Shown: positions 27,894 through 37,700, numbered from the whole stretch's first letter. The stretch: DNA of 62,923 nt, filler included, from Candidatus Fermentibacterota bacterium (GCA_016928395.1; 5 parts of 5 records of this genome joined end to end with filler, not necessarily neighbours in it), one strand, 5' to 3'. The notes: generated by a model not told the origin, from the letters alone. Numbers and translations are program-made.

Positions 27894-27993
27894 NNNNNNN
27901 NNNNNNNNNNNNNNNNNNNNNNNNNNNNNNNNNNNNNTTAATTAATTAANNNNNNNNNNNNNNNNNNNNNNNNNNNNNNNNNNNNNNNNNNNN
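27894..27993. other. Artificial contig spacer (N run with TTAATTAATTAA)
   Basis: 100-nt N run with a six-frame stop linker at 27938-27949. Confidence 0.99.
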
Positions 27994-28051
27994 GAAACGC
28001 TGTAGCCACCAAGCTCTGGGGCGTGTAGCATCTCTCATACGCTATCCACCA

Positions 28052-28540
28052 TCATTCGCTCACCACTCCTCGCGACACGGATCGTCGGGGAGCGCGGAGG
28101 TCGTTCGTATCAAGGATGATGGTGACCGGTCCGTCGTTGACCAGTTCCACTTCCATGAAAGCCCCAAACACCCCGGTTGCAACATGGTGACCCATGGTGC
28201 GAAGGGTCTCGGCGAAGCTCTCTACCAGTGGTTCGGCCCGATCGGGTGGTGCCGCGTCCACAAAGCTCGGACGCCGCCCCTTGCGGCAATTCGCCAAGAG
28301 GGTGAACTGACTAATGACGAGAATTGAACCCCCGACATCGTCCAGTGACAGGTTCATGAGGCGATTGGCATCATCGAAGATCCGCAGGGTGGCGATCCGT
28401 CGCGCCAGGGTCTGGGCTTCCTCGGGGGTGTCGCTTCGACATGCGCCCACCAGGATAAGAACCCCATGGCTGATAGACCCCCGCACCTGGCCGTCTACCC
28501 GAACCTCGGCTCGTGAAACCCTCTGAATGACTGCAACCAC
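28052..28540 (-). CDS. dtd: D-aminoacyl-tRNA deacylase
   Basis: AVIQRV, LRIF, SQFTL, KGRRPSF, TG.FGA.M.V.L.NDGPVT. Confidence 0.96.
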   Translation of the reverse strand: MVAVIQRVSRAEVRVDGQVRGSISHGVLILVGACRSDTPEEAQTLARRIATLRIFDDANRLMNLSLDDVGGSILVISQFTLLANCRKGRRPSFVDAAPPDRAEPLVESFAETLRTMGHHVATGVFGAFMEVELVNDGPVTIILDTNDLRAPRRSVSRGVVSE

Positions 28541-28681
28541 AGTAGATGACCTTTCGTCTCTTCCCTTCTATCCAAGGCGACCTATCGAACTTGGCGAACC
28601 ACGCCTATCCACGCAAGCACTTGCCCCGGAGGATGGGTATGCCACACCTTGTCGGCAACCCGTGAACCGCAGGAGGGTTCC

Positions 28682-29695
28682 GTGACGCACATCAACTCTG
28701 CCGACATGACAAGTCTGATTCTTTCGTGGGCCGCGATACCATCCCCTACCGGCGAAGAACAGGCCGTGCTTCAGCGCGTCGAGCACGATCTTGCACGTAT
28801 CGGATGGAGCACTTCACGGATACCGGTAAACGGCGACCGCTTCGACATCCTGGCAGGGAATACCTCCGGACGTCTGGTCTTCACGACTCACCTCGATGTC
28901 GTGCCGCCTCATATTCCGCCCCGCCGGGATGGACGGGTTCTTTGGGGTAGGGGAGTGGTCGATGCCAAAGGCGCTGGCGTGGCCCTTCTGGCTGCTGCAA
29001 GCACTCTGAAGGCCGAGGGACACGCGGTCTCGCTGCTCTACGTGGTGGGAGAGGAGGTTGACAGTGACGGTGCAAAGGCTGCGGCATCGTCAGGTCTGCG
29101 TTTCGACTACGTGCTCAACGGCGAACCCACGGAGAACGTGTTCGCCTCCTACCAGAAGGGAACCCTGCGCGCGACCATCCGGACTTCTGGCATCTCGTGC
29201 CACTCGGGCTATCCCGAGCATGGAGCATCGGCCATAGACCGTCTCGTCGACGTGCTGGCCGATATCCGACGGGCTGCATGGCCGGAGTCGAAACAACGAG
29301 GTCGTACTACCGTGAACATCGGGAATATCGAGGGGGGCGTTGCCGACAATGTGCTTGCTCCCGATGCAACCGCCCGTCTCATGTTTCGCACTATCGGGCC
29401 GTGCGACGATGTACTGGGCAGGCTCGAGGAGGTGGTTGGTGATCGAGCTGCTGTGGAGAGAGGCAAGGCCTCTGATCCACTGGAGCTTTATGTCCCCCCG
29501 GGGTTCCCCAGCGCGCCGGTTGCCTTCGGCAGCGACCTGCCGTATTTGAGGACAGTCGGTATCCCCATGATGCTGGGGCCGGGCTCGATCCTCGTGGCCC
29601 ACGGCGACGGAGAGCACGTAGCCATTGAGGCACTCGAGGAGGCCGTGCGGAGCTATACATCCATTGGGAGAAGAATCCTCCAAGGAGACCTATGA
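28682..29695 (+). CDS. M20 family metallopeptidase (DapE/ArgE-like desuccinylase or deacylase)
   Basis: THLDVVP, GRG.VDAKG, GEE, GEPT, HSGYPE.G, GPGS...AH..E; first gene of the DAP operon; AGGAGG RBS. Confidence 0.85.
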   Translation: MTHINSADMTSLILSWAAIPSPTGEEQAVLQRVEHDLARIGWSTSRIPVNGDRFDILAGNTSGRLVFTTHLDVVPPHIPPRRDGRVLWGRGVVDAKGAGVALLAAASTLKAEGHAVSLLYVVGEEVDSDGAKAAASSGLRFDYVLNGEPTENVFASYQKGTLRATIRTSGISCHSGYPEHGASAIDRLVDVLADIRRAAWPESKQRGRTTVNIGNIEGGVADNVLAPDATARLMFRTIGPCDDVLGRLEEVVGDRAAVERGKASDPLELYVPPGFPSAPVAFGSDLPYLRTVGIPMMLGPGSILVAHGDGEHVAIEALEEAVRSYTSIGRRILQGDL

Positions 29696-30714
29696 AAGAG
29701 AAGACCCCGGTCGCCGTGTTGGGTGCCACGGGCATGGTGGGGCAGCAGCTTCTGACCATGCTGCAGGATCATCCTTGGTTCTACGTCAGCGAGATGGTGG
29801 CATCGGAGCGGAGAGCCGGCATCCCGTACGGCGAGACGACACGATGGATGGTCGATACTACGTTGCCGCCTGCCATGGCCTTACTCACGCTCAAAGGGCC
29901 GAACGAAGCGCTCGCCTCGCCCCTGGTGTTTTCCTGCCTCGGCGCCCGGGTGGCCCGCGATCTGGAGCCGGTCCTGGTTCAGAACGGGCATCTCGTGGTG
30001 TCCAATGCATCTGCGTTCAGACGGAACCCTGATGTGCCGCTTCTCATTCCGGAGGTCAACCCTGAGTCGCTTCGCCTCCTCTCCGCCCAGCGGGTGATCG
30101 GCGGCCGGGGTGGTCTAGTGACCAATCCCAATTGCGTGGTAGCGGGGCTTGCGCTGGGTTTGGCCCCCTTGCACCATGCTTTCCGGCTAACGAAGGCCAC
30201 AGTCGTGACGCTGCAGGCTGTCAGCGGTGCAGGCATACCGGGAGTCGGCGCGGTCGAGCTGGTCGACAACCTCATCCCATGGATCGAGGGAGAAGAAGAC
30301 AAGATCGCGTACGAGACGGCACGAATCCTCGAGGCCCCGCTCGCCATATCTGCCTCGGTGCATCGCGTGGCGGTGCTGCACGGTCATACCATGAGTGTCT
30401 CAATTTCGATGGAACGAACTCCATCCAGGGAAGACATCATCGGAGCTTGGGAAGCGTTTCGTCCTCCCGGGGATGTGGCCGGCCTTCCCACCTGCCCACT
30501 GCGGCCCATCGTCTATGTTCACGACGTGCAACGCCCGCAGCCGCGGTTGGATAGGATGGCCGGCCGGGGCATGAGCATCACCATCGGCCGCCTACGCCCT
30601 TGCCCGGTTCTTGGTTTCGCGTTCGAGCTATGTGTCCATAACCTGGTGCGCGGTGCCGCGGGAGCGGCTTTGCTCAACGCCGAACTGTGCGCGAGGAGAG
30701 GCTTGATCCCATGA
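29692..30714 (+). CDS. asd: Aspartate-semialdehyde dehydrogenase
   Basis: LGATGMVGQ, SNASAFR, VPL.IPEVN, TNPNC catalytic Cys, QAVSGAG, HN.VRGAAG. Confidence 0.95.
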   Translation: MKEKTPVAVLGATGMVGQQLLTMLQDHPWFYVSEMVASERRAGIPYGETTRWMVDTTLPPAMALLTLKGPNEALASPLVFSCLGARVARDLEPVLVQNGHLVVSNASAFRRNPDVPLLIPEVNPESLRLLSAQRVIGGRGGLVTNPNCVVAGLALGLAPLHHAFRLTKATVVTLQAVSGAGIPGVGAVELVDNLIPWIEGEEDKIAYETARILEAPLAISASVHRVAVLHGHTMSVSISMERTPSREDIIGAWEAFRPPGDVAGLPTCPLRPIVYVHDVQRPQPRLDRMAGRGMSITIGRLRPCPVLGFAFELCVHNLVRGAAGAALLNAELCARRGLIP

Positions 30715-31865
30715 GGATTATCAAAGTTGGCGGGGGGGTACTCACCGGCCCTAATCCGTTGCGGGCGCTGGTGGATCTCGTGGGCCATCGGTGCGACAAG
30801 TGCGTTCTGGTGGTCTCCGCCTTTGGCAAGACCACCAATTGGCTCGAACAGGTGGTAAGGGGGTGCGTGGGCGGTCACCAAGAGGAGGCGGTGAGTACGT
30901 TGGAGAAGGTTCTCTGGTGGCACCGGGATTTCGGCGAGGCACTGGGTCTTCCCTGGGATTCCCTTGGTATCCCTTCATACGTGGATACGGTACGACACGC
31001 CGTACGCTTCGAGGTCGGGGATTCGCCCGGACGTCTTTCGGATTCCCTGATTTCCTTGGGAGAACAGCTCTCGTCTCGCATGGTTGCCGCCTTCTTGACC
31101 GCACAGGGCATACCGGCACGGTGGGTGGACGCACGCCGCATCGTCGTCACCGACGATACATTCGGCGCGGCGCGCGTCCAGTGGAGACCGACTCAGAACG
31201 CGATACGTACCGAGGTGGGGAGTCTTGTCTCGGGCTCTATTCCCGTGGTGGCGGGTTTCATCGGGGCAACCGCAGGAGGTCAACCGACGACTCTGGGGAG
31301 GGAAGGGTCCGACTACACCGCGGCCGTCATGGGGGCGGCCCTGCGCGCGGATGAGGTGGTGCTGTTGAAGGATGTAGAGGGCGTGCTGACCGCAGATCCC
31401 GCCGTGGTCCCTGATGCGCGGCTCATCGGCCAGCTGTCGTTCGAACAGGCCGCGCGGTTGTTTCGCGCCGGCGCCAAGGTGGTACACCCGAAATCCGTCG
31501 AGCCATTGCGCCGCGCTGGCATCGCTCTGCGGGTGGCACCGTTCGGAAATCCTCGTGGCGGTACAGTGATCGGACCGGGTCGTTCGTGGGGCGAAGGAGA
31601 CGTTCGAGCCATCGCCGGACGGTGCAATGGGCAGCGCGGGCCTTCTTCTGATACGCTTTCGTGTCAGATTGCTGTTCTGGGGGAGCCGCCGATCGCTTCT
31701 CTGGTGTGCCATCGGATTGAGGAGTCCGCCCGGGCGATGAACCTCACATTCCGGCGCCGCTTCGCCGCCCGCGGAACATGGATCTTGGGGGCACCTCGGG
31801 ACTGGTGCGAAGAAGCCATTCGTCAACTGCACACATTCGTGGGGCATGGTGCGGAGGAATCATGA
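30711..31865 (+). CDS. lysC: Aspartate kinase (divergent, reduced ACT region)
   Basis: IKVGG, VVSA.G.TT, S.GE.LS, GFIG, TTLGREGSDYTA, DV.GV.TADP, GAKVVHP. Confidence 0.88.
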   Translation: MRIIKVGGGVLTGPNPLRALVDLVGHRCDKCVLVVSAFGKTTNWLEQVVRGCVGGHQEEAVSTLEKVLWWHRDFGEALGLPWDSLGIPSYVDTVRHAVRFEVGDSPGRLSDSLISLGEQLSSRMVAAFLTAQGIPARWVDARRIVVTDDTFGAARVQWRPTQNAIRTEVGSLVSGSIPVVAGFIGATAGGQPTTLGREGSDYTAAVMGAALRADEVVLLKDVEGVLTADPAVVPDARLIGQLSFEQAARLFRAGAKVVHPKSVEPLRRAGIALRVAPFGNPRGGTVIGPGRSWGEGDVRAIAGRCNGQRGPSSDTLSCQIAVLGEPPIASLVCHRIEESARAMNLTFRRRFAARGTWILGAPRDWCEEAIRQLHTFVGHGAEES

Positions 31866-32608
31866 AGATCGGAATCATAGGCTATGGGAAGATGGGTCAT
31901 GAGATTGAGCGCCTTGCGGCGGATGCCGGGCATGAGGTCGTCTGGCGGCTGGACCAGGCGGACAACCCCTCTGCTGCCGCTCTAGACGGTACGCGCCTGG
32001 GTTTGGTAGACCTCTGTGTCGAGTTCACCGTCCCCGCTGCTGCCGCGGCCAATGTTGGGAGGATTCTGGCTCAACGGGGCAAGGTCGTGTGCGGGACCAC
32101 CGGATGGTTCGACTGCCTCGAGGCCGTCCGTGGCGAGGCCAGGGAGGGCTCGGGTTTGGTGTATGGCAGCAACTTCTCCCTGGGAGCCCATCTCTTCTCT
32201 GTCGTGGTACGTGAGGCGGCTCAGAGGTTTGCGCCCTTTCCTGAGTATGATGCAGCCATCCACGAGGTTCATCATGCCGCGAAAGCGGATCACCCTTCGG
32301 GCACGGCCAGGAACCTGGCCACCAGCCTACTGGCCGCCCTCCCGGGCAAGACGAACGCGTTGGCCGATCTGGGAGAAGGCCCTGTGGGACCCGACCGGCT
32401 GCACATTTCATCGACGCGCGTCGGTCATGTCCCGGGAGTTCATACCGTATTCTTCGATGGCCCCTTTGACACCATTGAGCTACGGCATTCCGCACGGAGC
32501 AGGGCCGGGTTCGCCCGGGGTGCGCTGCTGGCTGCTGAATGGCTTCTGGATCGGGCGGGTGTTTTCACCTTTGAGCACGTCATACAGTCTCTAGTGGAGG
32601 GAAGATGA
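31862..32608 (+). CDS. dapB: 4-hydroxy-tetrahydrodipicolinate reductase
   Basis: IGYGKMG, GTTGW, NFSLG, E.HH..K.D.PSGTA, FA.GA. Confidence 0.95.
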   Translation: MKIGIIGYGKMGHEIERLAADAGHEVVWRLDQADNPSAAALDGTRLGLVDLCVEFTVPAAAAANVGRILAQRGKVVCGTTGWFDCLEAVRGEAREGSGLVYGSNFSLGAHLFSVVVREAAQRFAPFPEYDAAIHEVHHAAKADHPSGTARNLATSLLAALPGKTNALADLGEGPVGPDRLHISSTRVGHVPGVHTVFFDGPFDTIELRHSARSRAGFARGALLAAEWLLDRAGVFTFEHVIQSLVEGR

Positions 32609-33504
32609 TGCCTGCATTGTCTGGATCGTTGGTTGCCCTAGTCACCCCGTTCCGGCCCGATGGCGGCCTTGACGAGCCCGCGCTCAAGACACTCGTGCGA
32701 CGGCAACTTGCCGAAGGGACCGACGGGATTGTCCCTTGCGGCACCACGGGCGAAGGCGCGACCCTGAGCGAGGCGGAGACCGATCGAGTCGTCTCGCTCG
32801 TCGTGCAGGAGGTTGACGGCAGGATCCCGGTTGTCGCGGGCGCGGGGAGCAATGATACCAGAGTGGCCGTGGCCCGCGCGAAACGCATGAAGGAGTTGGG
32901 CGCCGATGCGGTGCTCAGCGTGGCACCCTACTACAACAAGCCGACGCAACAGGGCCTCTACGAGCATTTCCGGACTATCGCCGAGGACTGCGGCATTCCT
33001 GTGGTGGTTTACAATGTCCCGGGCCGCACCGCATCGAACATCCTTCCCGAGACCATGGTGCGCTTAGCTGATCTGCCGAATATCGTAGCGGTCAAGGAGG
33101 CCAGCGGGAATTTGGTCCAGATCATGGAGATCCTCTCCGGTGCGCCGGGCTTCACGGTGCTCTCGGGAGATGATGCCCTCACGCTTCCGATGCTTCTCCT
33201 CGGCGCCAAGGGCGTCATCTCGGTGGTGGCCAATGAGGCGCCGGGTCTCATGCACGAATTGGTGCGCGCCGGTTTGGAGGGCGACTGGGCGGTTGCCCGG
33301 GAGCTGCACTTCAAGCTGCTGCCGCTCATGCAGGCCAACTTCCTGGAGTCAAACCCCATCCCGGTCAAGGGGGCCGTTGCCCTCCTTGGGCTCATCACCG
33401 AGACGTATCGACTGCCCTTGGTTTCGCCCAGCCAGAAGACACGAAACGAACTCCAGAGGTTGCTCTATGTTTTGGGGTTGCTCAAGCCAGAGGGAGAAGA
33501 GTGA
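32605..33504 (+). CDS. dapA: 4-hydroxy-tetrahydrodipicolinate synthase
   Basis: ALVTPF, GTTGE, PYYNKP, YNVPGRT, VKEASG, SGDD, NPIPVK. Confidence 0.97.
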   Translation: MMPALSGSLVALVTPFRPDGGLDEPALKTLVRRQLAEGTDGIVPCGTTGEGATLSEAETDRVVSLVVQEVDGRIPVVAGAGSNDTRVAVARAKRMKELGADAVLSVAPYYNKPTQQGLYEHFRTIAEDCGIPVVVYNVPGRTASNILPETMVRLADLPNIVAVKEASGNLVQIMEILSGAPGFTVLSGDDALTLPMLLLGAKGVISVVANEAPGLMHELVRAGLEGDWAVARELHFKLLPLMQANFLESNPIPVKGAVALLGLITETYRLPLVSPSQKTRNELQRLLYVLGLLKPEGEE

Positions 33505-34343
33505 GCCTGGCTTCACTGAAGGCATCTGTCGAGGAGCTGGTGGCGCTGCCTGAACTGGATGAAGCCCGTCACGGCGTTGTCCTGGAGGAGTTTCTCGATG
33601 CGCTGGAGGACGGGTCCGTACGCGCCGCCGAACCGACACCTGATGGCTGGCTGGTGAATAGGTGGGTCAAGCAGGGCATTCTGGCGGCCTTCAGGATGAG
33701 CTCGACCCGGCCTGCCGGGGTGACCGCCTTCGCGACGTTTCACGACAGAGCAATCCTCCCAGCCCGTCACTTGGATGTGGTTTCGGGCGTACGGATGGTG
33801 CCGGGGGGATCGGCGGTCCGCCGTGGCTGCCACGTCGCCCGTGGCGTTACTATCATGCCGCCGGCGTACCTGAATGTGGGGGCGTATGTGGCGGAAGGAA
33901 CCATGGTTGACAGCCATGCTCTGGTTGGGTCATGCGCCCAGATCGGCCGACGGGTCCATCTGAGTGCGGGTTGCCAGATCGGCGGCGTGCTGGAGCCTGT
34001 GGGGGCGAGACCCGTCATTATCGAAGACGATGTGCTGGTCGGTGGCAACTGTGGCGTATACGAAGGAATCCTCGTGCGACAGCGGGCCGTGCTGGCGTCA
34101 GGCGTGGTGCTGACGGCGTCCATGCCGATCTACGACCTCGCGCGGGAGCAGATCCTGCGCTCGGGCCCCGGTGCGCCACTGGAGATTCCCGAAGGCGCGG
34201 TCGTGGTGATGGGAACCCGGGCGATCGGCTCTGACTTTGGCCGAACCCACGGGCTGAGCCTAGCCTGCGCGGTCATCGTCAAGTACCGTGATGGGTCCAC
34301 CGACGCCCGGGTTGCTCTGGAGGATGCCCTGCGGAACAGGTGA
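33501..34343 (+). CDS. dapD: 2,3,4,5-tetrahydropyridine-2,6-dicarboxylate N-succinyltransferase
   Basis: W.VN.WVK..IL, N.GAYV..GTMVD, VGSCAQIG..VHLS, IGGVLEP hexapeptide repeats. Confidence 0.93.
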   Translation: MSLASLKASVEELVALPELDEARHGVVLEEFLDALEDGSVRAAEPTPDGWLVNRWVKQGILAAFRMSSTRPAGVTAFATFHDRAILPARHLDVVSGVRMVPGGSAVRRGCHVARGVTIMPPAYLNVGAYVAEGTMVDSHALVGSCAQIGRRVHLSAGCQIGGVLEPVGARPVIIEDDVLVGGNCGVYEGILVRQRAVLASGVVLTASMPIYDLAREQILRSGPGAPLEIPEGAVVVMGTRAIGSDFGRTHGLSLACAVIVKYRDGSTDARVALEDALRNR

Positions 34344-34353
34344 GGAGACAGGG

Positions 34354-34595
34354 GCTCGCTTCGCGAGCAGGCTTCAAGGTTCAGGGACACGCGGTGGACG
34401 AATGGACGGCTCGCTGCGCGAGCAATCTTCGGGGGCTCGGTATCGCTATCGGAGTCGTAATCGCAATCGCAGTCGACGAGTCGTGGAGTCGAGCATGGGT
34501 TTCGGGAACGATGGAATCGTGAGACGGGTGGGTGAAGGGATGAATGGACGATTGGACGGGCCTTCCGGATTCTGGCTTCTGGATTCCGAATACTG
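34354..34595. repeat. Intergenic mosaic of REP-like hairpins and 6-8-nt tandem repeats
   Basis: GCTCGC-NNN-GCGAGC hairpins at 34354-34368 and 34409-34423; degenerate NNTCGN hexamers (TATCGC/AATCGC/AGTCGA) about 34437-34492; octamer and heptamer (GGATTCT-like) runs to about 34595. Confidence 0.7.
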
Positions 34596-34603
34596 CGCGA
34601 CGC

Positions 34604-35554
34604 CTACGGGCGGCGGGCAAACACAGTGATGAACGAGCCGCGGGTGGTCAACCGGCCGGCCAGGCCATAGGGCCAGGCAACGAGGCGTATGGGGAGCGAC
34701 CCAATGAGTTGGGTAGCCGCCCCTCGTAGGCCGCGCGGGCCGGGCCAGGCGGCTGTCCAGAACCGCAGACTGGTGATCAGACCGCCGGTTCCTCCGGTGA
34801 CACAGGCATCGCGCGTATAGACCAGATGGGCCTCCTCCAGGTAGCGGCGCAGAACCTCTCTGGGAAAGAGGAAGAGATGCCGCGGAACATCCAAGCCGGC
34901 CCAGTGGGGGCCGAACAGGCGGGCGTCCCAGCTCTCCACATTCGGCACCGTGATGACAGCCGACCCTCCCCGCCGGAGGAGTCGAGCCGTGGCGCCGAGG
35001 GTCTGCGCGGGGTCCGGCACGTGCTCCAGCACGTGCCAGAGGGTGACGACATCGAATGACTCGGGAGCGAACAGGCCGTCCGCGAAGGGTCGCTCCTCAA
35101 CCCTCAGCCTGTTGACCGTGCGGGCATAGCCGGCAGCGTGGGAGTTGGGCTCAACTCCCTGGACATCCCACCCCAGGTCGCGCATGCCGGCCAGAAAGTC
35201 ACCCGTACCGCATCCGACGTCGAGGATTCGGCCCGGGTGCGGCGCGACCCCGGTCACTGCCCGGCACAATCTCCTGATCCCGCGCCTTGCCTCCAGCCCC
35301 CGGAACCGGCCCCGAGACTGGGCGGGCGAGAAGCAGGTGTACTCCTGGGGATAGAACGTTGCGATCTCTTCGGGCGGAGGCAGGGGATCGAGAAAGATGA
35401 GCCCGCAGTTAGAACAGCGCAGGAGATGGTAGGTGCCTTCCCGCGGATGCATCCGGTCACGCCCTTCGTGCACAAGGGTCGCTGTGGATTCTCCGCAGAG
35501 ATTGCAGGGGCGGCTGGGGGATATCGTGCTCATGGCACCCAATAAGCTCTCCAC
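34604..35554 (-). CDS. Class I SAM-dependent methyltransferase with N-terminal Zn-ribbon
   Basis: CNLC...CSNCGL, ILDVGCGTG, GVEPN, TLWHVLEH, VPN, PRH. Confidence 0.88.
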   Translation of the reverse strand: MESLLGAMSTISPSRPCNLCGESTATLVHEGRDRMHPREGTYHLLRCSNCGLIFLDPLPPPEEIATFYPQEYTCFSPAQSRGRFRGLEARRGIRRLCRAVTGVAPHPGRILDVGCGTGDFLAGMRDLGWDVQGVEPNSHAAGYARTVNRLRVEERPFADGLFAPESFDVVTLWHVLEHVPDPAQTLGATARLLRRGGSAVITVPNVESWDARLFGPHWAGLDVPRHLFLFPREVLRRYLEEAHLVYTRDACVTGGTGGLITSLRFWTAAWPGPRGLRGAATQLIGSLPIRLVAWPYGLAGRLTTRGSFITVFARRP

Positions 35555-35705
35555 ATGAGAGGAAGAAAGGCCCGAGGGAGGCGCCGGGGCACCTCCGGGG
35601 GTGGAGGGGACTGAGTGGGCTCTCTGTCTCCTTCCCCAGGAAGCCTATGCGATTGCGGAGGCACTGGCAAGGTCAAGAACTGGCAGCGGTGCTTGACACC
35701 CAGGG

Positions 35706-35750
35706 AGTGATCGTGCACTTCTGGCAGTGATCGTGCACTTCTGGCAGTGA
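35706..35750 (+). repeat. Perfect 20-bp tandem duplication (2.25 copies)
   Basis: AGTGATCGTGCACTTCTGGC x2 followed by AGTGA, in a divergent intergenic region just after TTGACA (35693-35698). Confidence 0.85.
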
Positions 35751-35842
35751 GAATACGAGCCTGGTCACGTGCCCCGGTGAGACGCACCCCACGCACACAG
35801 GCGTCTCGTCAGGGAAGGCCGGCAAAAACTGGAGGAAGCGGC

Positions 35843-36036
35843 GTGCAGTCGGTGGCTCTGTACAGCTCAAGCTGGGCAACGCTGGGCGGAGGCGAGAAAT
35901 ATCTCTGTGCTCTGGCGGAGGTACTGGCGGAAAACCCGTCGCGTGAGGTTACTCTTGTCATCGATCACCCTCAGGCGGATCGGGACGCATTCGCGCGGCT
36001 GTTCGGGCTGAGCCTGGAGGGGGTTCGCATCGACCA
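35843..36036 (+). CDS. Glycosyltransferase (GT4-like) N-terminal fragment, truncated by contig end
   Basis: VALY...W.TLGGGEKY...LA..L N-terminal motif. Confidence 0.65.
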
Positions 36037-36136
36037 NNNNNNNNNNNNNNNNNNNNNNNNNNNNNNNNNNNNNNNNNNNNTTAATTAATTAANNNNNNNN
36101 NNNNNNNNNNNNNNNNNNNNNNNNNNNNNNNNNNNN
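36037..36136. other. Artificial contig spacer
   Basis: N run with TTAATTAATTAA. Confidence 0.99.
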
Positions 36137-36873
36137 CGGGGAAGCTGCTCATACTCGTCTACCGTGCGGGTCAGGTACCCCGGCGCGCTCCAGGCGGAAT
36201 CGCGCACCGCGAAACAGATGTCCTGGTCGCCCGCCGACGCGTACCGGTGCCACACCACATGGATCGTGCCGCCAGGGCCCCAGGCCACGGAGGGGTCCCA
36301 GTCCACGATGTCGCCGTCGGGCTCGACCGCTTCAGGGGCATTCCAGCCATCCGGGCCGCGGAAGGCGCTCCAGATGTCGAAGAGGCCGGTCTGGGGGTTG
36401 TGCTGGGTCCACACGACGCACGGCACCCCGTTGGGTGACACGGCCAGGTCGGGGGCGTAGTGGTCGCGGGCGTCGAAGGTGAGCTGCTCGGCGGGCGTCC
36501 ACCCATCGCCGATCCACCTGCTGTAGAAGAGCTGGAGCCGGCTGTTGTCGTATTCAGCCCATGCCACATGGGGAGCGGCCGAGTCGTCCATGGCGATTCG
36601 AAGCCAGTACTTGCCCGAGCCGCTGGAACTCCCCGGGTTCAGCTCCTGCTCGTGGGCCCAGCCGTCGCCTTCCCACCGGGTGTAGTACCATCCCGAGCCC
36701 TCGTAGCCCGAACGAAGCCACACGACCCAGACCTCGGATCCACATGCGGCAATCGCAGGTTGGGCATTGTTCGTATCCTCCATCTGGTCCCAGTTGACCC
36801 TCCCCTCCTCGATGTACCCGAGAGCCGGGCTCACCAGTGCAAGCAGCACAGGGATCGCATACCACCATCTCAT
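36137..36873 (-). CDS. Secreted Trp-rich repeat (beta-propeller-like) protein, 3' truncated
   Basis: Signal peptide; about 50-aa repeats P.(I/L)A....G..(H/W)VVW.......(I/L)(F/Y)..RW.G.GW...E. Confidence 0.75.
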
Positions 36874-37030
36874 GCTCTCACTCCTCTACCTCTCCCGGTT
36901 GGAGCGGCGTGAGCCGCGACCCTTGTTCCTGTGGGAGCCACTCTTGATCCCGCATCGCTGGATGCGGGATCAGTCGCGAGGGACTCCCGCCACACGCCGA
37001 TCCCCGGCGTGCGCCAGAAGCGGCACCAAT

Positions 37031-37083
37031 AGCTGTCAGCTGTTGGCCTCAGACTGATCACTGACAACTGACCACTGACGACT
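37031..37083. repeat. Heptamer tandem repeats
   Basis: AGCTGTC AGCTGTT, then ACTGATC ACTGACA ACTGACC ACTGACG (37053-37080). Confidence 0.75.
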
Positions 37084-37089
37084 CTCCCC

Positions 37090-37683
37090 TCACTTCCCAT
37101 ACTGCACCGTGAGCACCGGCCTCAGCTGCGTCGCGTCAAGGATGCCCACCAAGGCATCCGTGTTCGGCGTGCCCTCCACCGGCATCAGCAGGAACCCATA
37201 GTTCGCCACATCGCTCGTGCCCGACACCCAATCGCGCACCAGCGTCGTCACGTTGAAGAACGGCGGGCGACGAAGCGCCACCCCCGCCGCACCATACGTG
37301 AAGTCTTCCCGATCCCAGTCCCCTCCCGGATCGTTCCATTCAGCGCCCGCGCCTGTCTGGTCCCATGACACGTCATCGCCGTTCCACGGCTCAAGCACCG
37401 GCGCCACCACGAAGCCCACATACTCGATCCCAGGCGGCAAGGTCACCTCGCCCACGATCAGTTCCGCATACTCGACCTGCATCCCTCCAGGAATCTGGCT
37501 TAGGTCGAATCTCAGTAAGACCCTCGGCTCAACCGTGGTCTCGGCATCCGCATCATTCCCCGGCACTGTCCCGTTGATCGTCGCGGCATCCGCCGGGTAC
37601 AGCTCGATCGTGGTGCTCGGCTGCGCCAAGGCAACCGCCGTCCACACGAAGACCGCCACTGCAACTGCGCATATCCTGTTCAT
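37090..37683 (-). CDS. Secreted DNRLRE-like (CBM96-type) domain protein
   Basis: Signal peptide; ADA.I, RVLLRFDLSQIP, W....VSW.......W..PGGDW, NVT.LV.DW......NYG.LL, RP.L.V.Y. Confidence 0.75.
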   Translation of the reverse strand: MNRICAVAVAVFVWTAVALAQPSTTIELYPADAATINGTVPGNDADAETTVEPRVLLRFDLSQIPGGMQVEYAELIVGEVTLPPGIEYVGFVVAPVLEPWNGDDVSWDQTGAGAEWNDPGGDWDREDFTYGAAGVALRRPPFFNVTTLVRDWVSGTSDVANYGFLLMPVEGTPNTDALVGILDATQLRPVLTVQYGK

Positions 37684-37700
37684 GGTCTCCTCCCCTCTCC

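Noticed and set aside
28541-28681. Lysine riboswitch upstream of the DAP operon
   Set aside because: The intergenic space is only about 140 nt, is shared with the dtd promoter, and has no recognisable L-box consensus.
35706-35750. Tandem repeat as a possible CRISPR array
   Set aside because: Copies are directly adjacent with no spacers and there are no cas genes in the window.
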